Shown: positions 48,872 to 64,000 of the stretch, in pieces
How the letters are laid out: each line of letters begins with the position of its first letter
How positions within the stretch are numbered: the first letter of the stretch is position 1
From: the human T2T-CHM13v2.0 reference genome, Homo sapiens
Assembly: GCF_009914755.1 (NCBI RefSeq)
Contig: NC_060927.1
Length of the DNA: 64,000 bases
Strand: one strand, 5' to 3'
Made by a program: the position numbers and the translations under genes
Notes under the pieces: model-generated
Seen by the model: the letters and a program-made list of their open reading frames with translations, nothing else
The model's database searches: none
Told to the model about the DNA's origin: nothing

Positions 48872-49586
48872 TTTTTTTATTATACTGTAAGTTTTAGGGT
48901 ACATGTGCACAACGTGCAGGTTAGTTACATATGTATATATGTGCCATGTTGGTGTGCTGCACCCATTAACTCGTCATTTAACATTAGGTATATCTCCTAA
49001 TGCTATCCCTCCCCCCACCCCCCACCCCACAACAGGCCCCGGTGTGTGATGTTCCCCTTCCTGTGTCCATGTGTTCTCATTGTTCAATTCCCACCTATAA
49101 GTGAGAACATGCGGTGTTTGGTTTTTTGTCCTTGCAATAGTTTGCTGAGAATGATGGTTTCCAGCTTCATCCATGTCCCTACAAAGGACATGAACTCATC
49201 ATTTTTTATGGCTGCATAGTATTCCATGGTGTATATGTACCACATTTTCTTAATCCAGTCTATCATTGTTGGACATTTGGGTTGGTTCCAAGTCTTTGCT
49301 ATTGTGAATAGTGCCGCAATAAACATACATATGCATGTGTCTTTATAGCAGCATGATTTATAATCCTTTGGGTATATACTCAGTAATGGGATGGCTGGGT
49401 CAAATGGTATTTCTAGTTCTAGATCCCTGAGGAATCGCCACACTGACTTCCACAATGGTTGAACTAGTTTACAGTCCCAGCAACGTGTAAAAGTGTTCCT
49501 ATTTCTCCACATCCTCTCCAGCACCTGTTGTTTCCTGACTTTTTAATGATCGCCATTCTAAATGGTGTGAGATGGTATCTCATTGC
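48872..49586 (-). mobile_element. L1PA (PA3/4-like), 5'-truncated, ~0.7 kb
   Basis: ORF2 C-terminus (...KHRMFSLIGGN); perfect TSD catcacctccaaaagttt on both sides. Confidence 0.95.
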
Positions 49587-49967
49587 ATCACCTCCAAAAG
49601 TTTTATTGTATCTCTATTGTGTGTGTGTGTGTGTGTGCACATGCTAGGAAAACTTAACATGAAATCTACCCTCTTGGCAAATGTTTAGGTGTATAATACA
49701 GTATTGTTGACAGCACTATGCTGTACCTCTAGAGCTAATTTATCTTGGATAACTAAAACTTTCTACCAAGAGAGCAACTCCCCATTTCCCCCTTACCCTG
49801 GGCACTGGTAACCACCATTCTATTCTCTGATTCTAAGACCTTGACTATTTCACCTACCTCATACACGTGAAATTATACAGTATTTGTCCTTTTGTGACTG
49901 GCTTATTTTGTTTAGCCTAAAATCTTTCAGGTTCATCCATGTCGTTGCAAATGGCAAGATTTCCTTC

Positions 49968-50383
49968 CATATGGAAGATGCATCTGACAGCAATAGCGTA
50001 ACTTAAGCAAACCCTGAGGATGACCCTATGGTCTAAAAAGAATGGTATTGGGATTTCTGAATTAAGGAATGTGGGAGTGGCCACCCAGAGATTCACTCCG
50101 ATATATGAAGGACATCCTGGCCAACCCTTTGGAATAAGGACATACTGGGAATTGAGGCTTTTGTTTTGAATTAAATGAAGGTTGCTAGGTGGAGGGCGCT
50201 AAGTAAAAAATGCTATATAAAACAGCCTGTTTTTTACAAACAGTAGCATTTCTCCTGTCTAGCTCACCACCACTGGACTATCTTTGTATGTAAGCCCCTA
50301 CAATAAACCCCATGTCTCATTCACTGTCTCTGGGTCTCTTCTTCGGCCTCTCAGACATGAGTCAATAGGGGTCCAGCATGACA
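49968..50383 (+). mobile_element. LTR47-like solo LTR
   Basis: ctgacagcaata...aacttaagc...ccctgaggatgaccctatgg; TATAAA at ~50216, AATAAA at ~50302; 5-bp TSD ccttc. Confidence 0.75.
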
Positions 50384-51384
50384 CCTTCTTTTTTAATACT
50401 GAATAATATTCCATTTGATGTACATATCACATTGTCTTTATCAGTTGATGGATATTTGGGTTATTTTTACAACTTGTCTATTGTAAATACTGCTGCCAGG
50501 AACATGGGGGTGCAGATATCTTTTTGAGATCCTGATTTCAATTATTTTGGGCACATTCCCAGAAGCAGGGTTGCCGGATAAGGTGTTAGTTCTATTTTCA
50601 TTTTTTTGAGGAATCTCTATACTTTCTCCACAGCAGCTGTACAATTTTACATTCCCACCAACAGTGTAGAAGAGTTCTAATTTCTCCACATCTTCACCAA
50701 ACTCTTATTTTCTTACCTTTTTATTTTTATTTTATTTTTTAATGGTAGCTATCCTAATTGGGGTAAGATGATATCACATGTAGTTTTGATTTGCATTTTT
50801 CTAGTCTTAGTGATGTTGACATATTTTTGTGTATTTCTTGGTTATTTGTATGTCTTATTTGGAGAAATGTCTATTCATCATTTGCCCATTTTTAAATTGG
50901 TTATTTGTTTTTTGCTATTCAGTTGTGGTTGTCGCTTTGTTATTTTAGATATTAACCTATTATCAGATATATGGTTTGTAAATCTTTTCTTCCATTCCAT
51001 AAGTTGCCTTTTCATTCTGTTTATTGTTTCCTCTGCTGTACAAATGACAGTTTCATATGTCTATTTTTTCTTTTTGGTGTCTGTGCTTTCGGTGTCATCA
51101 CGTAAGACCAATGTCAGTAGCTTTCTCCCTATGTTTTCTTCTAGGAATTTTACAGTTCGGGGTCTTTTTAAAAATTTTTTATACTTTAAGTTCTAGGGTA
51201 CATGTGCACAACATGCAGGTTTGATACATAGGTATACATGTGCCAGGTTGGTTTGCTGCATCCATCAACTTATCATTTACATTAGGTATTTCTCCTATTG
51301 CTATCCCTCCCCTTGCCCCCCAACCCCCACACACAGGCTCCGGTGTGTGATGTTCCCCTCTCTGTGTCCAAGTGATCTCATTGT

Positions 51385-55208
<3,824 letters not shown>

Positions 55209-55268
55209 GATGTTCACTGGTTATTTTGCCTGTTAATTGTTGCAGTTTCTTCATAGCATCGATGGTCT

Positions 55269-56288
55269 TTACAATTTGGCCTTTTTTTTCAGTGGCTGGT
55301 ACTGGTTGTTTCTTTCTGCGTTTAGTGCTTCCTTCAGGAGCTCTTGTAAGGCAGGCCTTCTGGTGACAAAATCTCTGAGCATTTGCTTGTCTGTAAGGGA
55401 TTTTATTTCTCCTTCACTTATGAAGCTTAGTTTGGCTGGATATGAAATTCTGGGTTGAAAATTCTTTTTAAGAATGTTGAATATTGGCCCCCACTCTCTT
55501 CTGGCTTGTAGGGTTTCTGCTGAGATGTCCACTGTTAGTCTGATGGGCTTCCCTTTGTGGGTAACTCGACCTTCCTCTCTGGCTGCCCTTCACACTTTTT
55601 CCTTCATTTCAACCTTGGTGAATCTGATGATTATATGTCTTGGGGTTGCTCTTCTCAAGGAATATCTTAGTGGTGTTCTCTGTATTTCCTGAATTTGAAT
55701 GTTCGCCTGCCTTGCTATGTTGGGTAAGTTCTCCTGGATAATATCCTGAAGAGTGTTTTCCAACTTGGTTCCATTCTCCCCATCACTTTCAGGTACACCA
55801 ATCAAACGTAGATTTGGTCTTTTCACATAGTCCCATATTTCTTGGAAGCTTTGTTCATTTCTTTTTACTCTTTTCTGTAACCTTGTTTTCTTGCTTTATT
55901 TCATTAATTTGATCTTCAATCATTGATACCCTTTTTTCCACTTGATCGAATCAGCTACTGAAGCTTGTGCATTCATCGCGAAGTTCTCGTGCCATGGTTT
56001 TCAGCTCCGTCAGGTCATTTAAGGTCTTCTCTACACTGTTTATTCTAGTTAGCCATTCATCTAATCTTTTTTAAAGGTTTTAACTTCCTTGAGATGGGTT
56101 CGAACATCCTCCTTTAGCTTGGAGAAGTTTGTTATTACTGACTTTCTGAAGCCTACTTCTGTCAACTCATCAAAGTCATTGTCCATCCAGCTTTGTTCTG
56201 TTGCTGGCGAGGAGCTGTGATCCTTTGGAGGCAAAGAGGCGCTCTGAATTTTGGAATTTTCAGCTTTTCTGCTCTGGTTTCTCCCCAT
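55269..56288 (-). pseudogene. L1 ORF1p, disrupted
   Basis: Fragments MGRNQSRKAENSK..., KRPNLRLIGVPESDGENG..., QPRISYPAKLSF, separated by stops and frameshifts. Confidence 0.93.
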
Positions 56289-57159
56289 CTTTGTGGTTCT
56301 ATCTACCTTTGGTCTTTGATGTTGGTGACCTACAGATGGGGTTTTGGTGTAGATGACCTTTTTGTTGACGTTGATGCTATTCCTTTCTGTTTGTTAGTTT
56401 TCCTTCTAACAGTCAGTTCCCTCAGCTGCAGGTCTGTTGGAGTTTGCTGGAGGTCCACTCCAGACACTGTTTGCCTGGGTATCACCAGCAGAGGCTGCAG
56501 AACAGCAAATATTGCAGTACAGCAAATATTACTGCCTGATCCTTCCTCTGGAAGCTTCATCCCAGAGGGGCAGCCTCCCATATGAGGTGTCTGTCGGCCC
56601 CTACTGGGAGGTGTCTCCCAGTTAGGCTACATGGGGGTCAGGGACCCACTTGAGGAGGCAGTCTGTCCGTTCTCAGAGCTCCAATGTCATGCCAGGAGAA
56701 CCACTGCTCTCTTCAGAGCTGTCAGACAGGGATGTTTAAGTCTGCAGAAGTTGTCTGCTGCCTTTTGTTCAGCTATGCCCTGCCTACAGAGGTGGAGTCT
56801 AGATGCAGCAGTCCTTGTTGAGCTGTGGTGGGCTCTGCCCAGTTCGAGCTTCCTGGCTGCTTTGTTTACCTACTGAAGCCTCAGCAATGGCAGATGCCCC
56901 TCCCCCAGCCAGGCTGCCATCTTGCAGATTGATTTCAGACTGCTGTGCTAGCAGTGAGCAAGGCTCTGTGGGTGTGGGAGCCACTGAGCCAGGCACAGGA
57001 GAGAATCACCTTGTCTGCCAGTTGCTAAGACCTTGGGAACAGCACAGTATTGAGCGGGAGTGTCCCGTTTTTCCAGGTAGTCTGTCATGGCTTCCCTTGG
57101 CTAGGAAAGTCTTCCATACCTTCTAGATTATATAGGAAGACCCCAAGATTTATGAGTTT

Positions 57160-58900
57160 TATTTTTTATATTTTAGTCTTTATCTAAAATTCCACCTATA
57201 TTTTGTTTCAGATGGATAGTTAATTTGGTCTGTACCATTTAAACCATCCATCCTTCCTAGCTGAATTGAAATAAAATTTCTAGTATATCTCTATATATCA
57301 TATATCTGTAGATCTATATTTATACCCATCATATTTTATATATAATATCATGTGTGTGTGTGTGTATGTGTGTTTAATATTTGTATTTAGAGGACTTATA
57401 GGGACCTGGCTCTGGAGTCTATTTATTACACTGATATCCCAGTATATATTCTAGTGTCATTATGATATGATTTTGATGATGGTAGAAGTGAAGTAAGTTC
57501 CAACATATAATAAGACAAGTCATCCTTCATTGTTCTTCTTCATATTTTTCTTAGTTAATTCTGGGGTATTTCCCCTTAGGTCTAAGTTTTAAGATGAATG
57601 GGTCTATTTCTTAAAAGTGTCTCATGTCAGTTTTAATTGCATTGAATTTGTATATTTATTTTGGCAGTCTTTTGTTTATTTTTAAGTCTTCTCATTCAAT
57701 AATATAATAGTTCTTTCCATTTGTTCAGAAAGATCTTGACTTCTATGTATTTATATGGTATCTAGTTCTTTGCTAAATTCTCTCATTAATTTTAATGAGT
57801 AGTTTAGTAGAGTCTCTTGGATTTTCAAGGCATAATCCTATAACCAAAACATATTATTTCTTATTTTCTAATATTTATACCTATTATTTTATTTTCTTGC
57901 TCTGTTATATTCTCTCAAACCCCAACATTACTATTAAACACTAAAGATGATAACAAGTATCTGTCCAGTTCCCAACTTCAATTAAAATGCTTTCAGTGTT
58001 TCATGATTTAGGATGATATTTTTCAGTCATTGGTAAATCATCTTTATTCTACTTAAGGCATTGGCTTGCATTCTATTTTTATGTAGCTTTCATGTCAGTG
58101 ATGGCTGCCCTGTTTTATCAAATGCCTGCAAATATTGGTATAATCATATGGTTTTTTCCCTTTATTTAGTGATATGTTGCATTCCTGGACTATGCCTTAG
58201 TTGATTACTTGGAATTATTATTTTTTGGTCAATTGTTGAATTTCATTGCTAATATGTTATTTACCAATTTTAATCCTTATTCATAAATTGTATTGCTCTA
58301 CAATTCTCTGTTGTTTTTGATTTGGAATCATGCTCAGTTGTTTTAAAAGATGAATGGATGAATTTTTTTTTTATTCTATGAATTGTGATAATTTACATCA
58401 CACCAGAACAAACTCTTCTTTACCTAGCTGAATTTAGCTGTCAATCCCTCTAGTCCTGGTAACTTTTAAAATATCCTTTTAATAATAAATACATTATTTT
58501 GTATGCCAGTTAATTTAAATTTTTTACTTTATCTTATGATAGTTTTGATAATTTATATTTTGATATAACATAATTTTATAGCTTCAAATGAAGGAATTTA
58601 ATGCTATATGTATTTCTTTTACTGTGTCCAGTAAAATGTGGATTTTTGGCTACAGGTGTTCTAGCCTTGTTATCTAGATAATTTTTAATCTCACTTTTGA
58701 TTTATTCTTTGACACAAGGCATTATATGGGTTTGTGCTTCTTGATCTCCAAATATTGAATATTACTTTACTCTCTGCTTCATGATTTATTTTCAGTATTA
58801 TTGGGTCATGGTCAGAGCAAGTGGCTTATATATGCTCTACTTTAAAACATTTGTTAAAAAATATTTTCTTAAAAGTTTTTAAAATCAAGTATGGAGTCAG
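57160..58900 (-). mobile_element. Very old L1M ORF2 remnants, with (TG)n at ~57351-57372
   Basis: ttgcattgaatttgtatattt, tctcttggattttc, ttttatcaaatgcc, ggtcagag motifs. Confidence 0.55.
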
Positions 58901-58909
58901 ATTTTATGA

Positions 58910-59269
<360 letters not shown>

Positions 59270-59638
59270 CATGCCAGGCCCTTTTCAAAGTGCTGGTGAT
59301 ACAGCAGTGAAGAGCACAGACATATATCTCACCTCATGGAATTTACATTTTAATGAAGTTACAGTATTCCATTGAGAAAGAAATATATGATCAAATTTAT
59401 TTTTTCATTCAATTCCCCCATGTTTATACTTATTTTTTAAATATAACTACATCTACTCAACTCTAAAAAGTTTTTCACTGTTTTTCTTGTTCATCAAGCT
59501 CTACTTTATTTGTAATATTTTTGCTGTATATTTTAGGTGCTTTGTTTTTTGATGACTACTGATTTATAACTGCTAGAGACTCTTCATAAATTATACTTTT
59601 AATAATTATGTGATATCCGCTATATTAGATTTAGTCTC

Positions 59639-61910
59639 TGTATTAAGTCTGTTCCCATGCTGCTAACAAAGACATACCTGAGACTGTGTAATTTATTTAA
59701 AACAAGAAGTTTAATGGACTCAGTTCCACATGGCTGGGGAGGCCTCACAATTATGGCAGAAGATGAAGAAGGAGCAAGGCACATCTTACATGGCAGCAGG
59801 GAAGAGGACGTGTGCAGGGGAACTGCCCTTTATGAAACCATCAGATCCCATGAGACTTACTCACTATCATGAGAACAGCACAGAGAAAAACCACCCCCAT
59901 GATTCAATTACCTCCCACCAGGTCCCTCCCACAACAAATGGGGTTTATGGGAGCTACAATTTCAGATGAGATTTGGATGGAGACACAGCCAAACCATATT
60001 ATTCCACCCCAGCCCCTCCCAAATCTCATGCCCTCACATTTCAAAACCAATCTTGCCTTCCCAACAGTCCCTCAGTCTGAATTAGTCTAAGTCGAATTTC
60101 AGAATTAACTCAAAATTCCAGGTCCAAAGTCTCATCTGAGACAAGGCAAGACCCTTCCGTCTATGTGCATATAAAATAAAAAAAGCAAGTTAGTTACTTC
60201 CTAGATACAATGGGGGTACAGGAATTGGGCAAACACAGCCATTTTGAATGAGAGAAATTGGCCAAAATGAAGACACTACAAACCCCATGGAAGTCCAAAA
60301 TCCAGCAGAGCCCTCAAATCTTAAAGCTCCAAAATGATCTCCTTTGACTCCATGTCTCACATCCACATAACAATGATGCAAGAAGTGGGCTCCCATGGCC
60401 TTGGGCAGCTCTGCCTCTGTGGCTCTGAGGGTACAGCCACCCTCCTGGCTGCTTTCACAGGCTGGCATTCAGTACCTGGGGCTTTTCCAGGTGCCCAGTG
60501 CAAGCTGTCAGTGGATCTACCATTCTGGAGTCTGAAGGATGGTAGCCCTCTTAGAGCAACACTCAGTGGTGCCCCAGTAGGGACTCTGTGTGGGGGCCCC
60601 AACCCCACATTTTCCTTCCACAGTGCCTTAGCAGATGTTCTCCATGAGGACCCCAACCCTACAGCAAACTTTTGCCTGGACATCCAGGCATTTCCATACA
60701 TCCTCTGAAATCCAGGCAGAGGTTCCCAAACCTCAATTCTTGACTTCTGTGTACCTGCAGGCTCAACACCACATGGAAGCTGCCAAGGCTTGGGGCTTGC
60801 ACCCTCTGAAGCCACAGCCTGAGCTGTACCTTGACCCGTTTTAGCTATGGCTGGGGTAGCTGGGATGCAGGACACCAAGTTCCTAGGCTACACACGGCAG
60901 CAGGGGTGCCTGGGCCCAGCCCAGGAAACCATTTTTTCCTCCTAGGCCTCTGGGCCTGTGATGGGAAGGGCTGCCACAAAGATCTCTGACATGCCCTGGA
61001 GACATTTTCCCCATTGTCTTGGTGATTAACATTTGGCTTCTTGTTACTTATGCAAATTTCTGCAGCAGGCTTGAATTTCTCCCCAGAAAATGGGTTTTTC
61101 TTTTCTATTGCATTGTCAGGCTGCAAATTTTCCAAACTTTTATGCTCTGCTTCCACTTGAATGCTTTGTTGCTTAGAAATTTCTTCCAGCAGATACCCTA
61201 AATCATCTTTCTCAAGTTCAAAGTTCCACAGATCTCTAGGGCAAGAGCAAAATGCTGCCAGCCTCTTTGCTAAAGCATAACAAGAGTCTCCTTTGGAACA
61301 GTTCACAACAAGTTGCTTATCTCCATTTGATACCACCTCAGCCTGGAGTTTATTGTCCATATCACTATCAGCATTTTGGTCAAAGCCATTCAACAAGTCT
61401 CTAGGAAATTCCTATCTTTCCCACATCTTCCTGTCTTCTTCTGAGCCCTCCAAAAGGTTCCAACCTCTGCCTGTTACCCAATTCCAAAGTTGCTTCCACA
61501 TTTTCAGGTATCTTTACAGCAATGCCCCACTATCTGGTACCAACTTACTATATTAGTTTGTTCTCATGCTGCTAATAAAGACATAATTGAGACTGGGTAA
61601 TTTATAAAGCAAAAGAAGTTTAATGGACTCAGTCCCACATGGTTGGGGAGGCCTCACAATCATGGCAGAAGGCAATGGAGGAACAAAGGCACATCTTACA
61701 TGGTGGCAGGCAAGAGGGCATGTGCAGGGGAGCTGCCCTTTATAAAATCATCAGATCTCATGAGACTCTTTCACTATCATGAGAACAGCACAAGAAAAAC
61801 CTGCCCCCATGATTTAGAACACTGAGTCCCTCCCATGACATGTGGGGATGATGGGAGCTATAATTCCAGATAAGATAAGATTTGTGTGGGGACACAGCCA
61901 AACCATATAA
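59639..61910 (-). mobile_element. Complete THE1 (THE1B/C-like) MaLR element: LTR 59639-60001, internal 60002-61548, LTR 61549-61910
   Basis: Two direct-repeat LTRs; 5-bp TSD gtctc (59634-59638, 61911-61915); MaLR internal ORF remnants 60357-61396. Confidence 0.95.
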
Positions 61911-62134
61911 GTCTCCTTGCTAATACTGACATCGCTGCTGCTGCTTTTGCCTTTGTTTGTCTGCATTGGTCTAGTATAAAGTGATTTTTAACCTTTTTTT
62001 TATTTTAGTTAGGCAAATGTTTTAGGGTTTTGCTTTATACCTTATTATGACAGTCTCTTTTTTTTCATGTGAGAATGCAGTTCTCTCATATTTGGTATCA
62101 CAACTATGTAGTTGATTTCATTCTTTTCATGCAT

Positions 62135-62625
62135 TATTTATTTATTCATTTATTCAACAAACAAGTGTTAAGTGACTACTAAGTGTCAAATGTACTAGGG
62201 GTTCAGCAATGAACAAAACAGATGAAATCCCAAACTCATGACATTTATATTGAGAGGTTAAAAATACTAAATATAATAAGTAAGTAAAATATTGAGTATA
62301 TTCGAAGATGATAAAGTTTATACAGAAAAATAAAATAGGGTAAGGTTACGGGCAATGTTGTGGGGTTACAATTTAAGTAAGGTGGGCAGAGTAAGCCCTC
62401 ACAGAGAAAATGACTGTTAAGAATAGAAGGGAGTGAGAAAGTAAGCTGATTGGGCATGTGAGATGATAGTTTTGTAGGCAGAAGGAATGGCCGTTGTGCA
62501 AGGTTTTAGTGTGTCTGGCATGTTCAAGGCTATCAAGAAGGCTAATATGGGAAGTTTGACGGAGAAGAAGATGAAAGAAAGAAATGAGGTTAGAGAGAAG
62601 CTTGATAATCATTTAAAAGACTTTA
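62135..62625 (-). mobile_element. L2a 3' region
   Basis: ttattcatttattcaacaaac...cagcaatgaacaaaacaga...ggcatgttcaagg. Confidence 0.75.
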
Positions 62626-62639
62626 ATGATGGTTTTAAT

Positions 62640-63915
62640 TTTTTTAATTTAATCAAATTTATTGAGGTATACATTGATATATAATGAAATGTACACTGAT
62701 GAGTTTTCATAGATTTATATAATCTGTAACTACCACTATTATCAAGATATAGAAAATTATCATTACCCAGTAAATTCCTTGTGCCCTTCTTAGTCAATAA
62801 TCAGCCCTCATCCCTGACTCCAGGCAACCACTGATCTTCTTTCTGTCACTAATGATTAGATTTGTCTTTCCCAGACTTTCATAAAAATGGAATTATACTG
62901 TTTCCTTTGGTGTCTGGCTTCTGTTGCTCAACATAATGTTTTTGAACTCACCCATGTTGTTGTGTCTATCAGTAGTTTGTTTCCTTTTTATTGCTGAATA
63001 ACATTCCATTGTATGAATATACCTCAATTTAATTAGCTACTTACCTGGTGATGGACATTTGGGCAGTTTCTAATTTTTGACTATTATAAATAAAGCTGTC
63101 ATGAACATCCATCTGCAAGTCTTTGTGTGGACATCTGTTTTCATTTGTCTTTCATTCAGGATAAATACTTCTATGGCTTGAATGATGGTGTTCCCTCCCA
63201 ATTCATGTTGGCAGTGAATCTCCAATGCAACAGTATTATGAGGTGTGGATTTTGAGAGGTTATTAAGTCATGAGTGTTCTACCCTCATGCATGGAATTCG
63301 CATCCTTATAAAGGGGCTTGAGGTTGAAAGGAGCATTTTTTTAGTCCTTCTGTCCTTTCTGCCATGTGAGGACACAATTTTTGTCCCCTCCAGAGAATAC
63401 AGCACAAGGCGCCATGTTGGAAGCAGAGAACAGCCTGCACCCAACAACAAACTTGCTGGCTTTTTTATCTTGGACTTCCTAGCCTCCAGAACTCTGACAC
63501 AATACATTTCTGTTCTTTATAAATTACCCAGTGTGTGGTGTTTTGTTATAGCAGCACAAGAAGACTGAGACACATATATCTAGGAGTGGAATGGCTGGAT
63601 CATATAGTAAGAGAATGTTTAGCTTTATAAGAGAGAATCAAACTATTTTCCAAGATGATTGAACTACTTTATTTTTCCACCAGCAATGTTGGAGAGTTCC
63701 CATTACTTCATATCCTCATCAACACTTGGTATTGTCAGGCTTCTAAATTTTGGTCATTCTAACAGATGTGGAGTGATATCTCATTATGGTGTTAATGTGC
63801 ATTTCCCTGATAACGCGTGATGTTAACTACCTCTTCATGTGCTTATTACCTATAAGCATGTCTTTTTTTGTACAGATTCTGTTCAAATCTTTGTCTATTC
63901 TTTTTATTTGTTTGT
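62640..63915 (-). mobile_element. L1MB/L1MC 3' end split by an MST LTR
   Basis: tttattgaggtatacattg...ccaggcaaccactgatct...; resumes at 63573 (taggagtggaatggctgg). Confidence 0.8.
63169..63572 (+). mobile_element. MSTC/MSTD solo LTR
   Basis: ctatggcttgaatg...gccatgtgaggacac...tataaattacccag...tatagcagcacaagaagactgagaca. Confidence 0.82.
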
Positions 63916-63919
63916 TTGG

Positions 63920-64000
63920 CTTTTCTTTTCTTCTCTTTCTTTTCCTTTCTTTCTTTTTTTTTTGAGATAGGATCTTGCTCTGTTGCCCAGGCTGGACTGC
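63920..64000 (-). mobile_element. Alu 3' end, cut by the window edge
   Basis: T-rich tail followed by gagataggatcttgctctgttgcccaggctgg. Confidence 0.9.

Larger units (their letters stand above)
48721..51170 (-). mobile_element. L1MA10/L1MB1-like 3' fragment hosting an L1PA and an LTR47
   Basis: gctttattgacttataattgatatgcaataaactgcac...; resumes at 49587 and 50384. Confidence 0.75.

Overview
Human genomic DNA (it carries an AluYb8 with the diagnostic 7-bp insertion), with no intact protein-coding gene that I can recognise. Most of the window is interspersed repeat: about 20 Alus (J, S and Y, two of them very young), many L1s (a near-full-length L1PA at 51.2-57.1 kb, an L1PB 5' half, nested L1MA/L1MB/L1ME pieces, mostly on the minus strand), LTR elements (a complete THE1, MST, MLT1, MER21, LTR47, a 133-bp internally deleted MER11), DNA transposons (Tigger1, MER33, MER63) and old L2/L3/MIR fragments. 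Most ORFs in the supplied track are repeat-derived or chance. Four signals are not explained by the repeat annotation: (1) a possible decayed multi-exon gene on the minus strand at about 43.2-35.8 kb; (2) a templated-repair insertion at 11.33-11.49 kb built from two nearby templates, which preserves the pre-Alu empty site of the 8.3-kb Alu; (3) a roughly 1-kb non-repeat insert with a T tract and TSD-like ends at 28.5-29.5 kb, resembling an orphan transduction or retrocopy; (4) the mini-MER11. Repeat subfamily names come from memory of consensus sequences, not from a RepeatMasker run, and boundaries of old elements are approximate.
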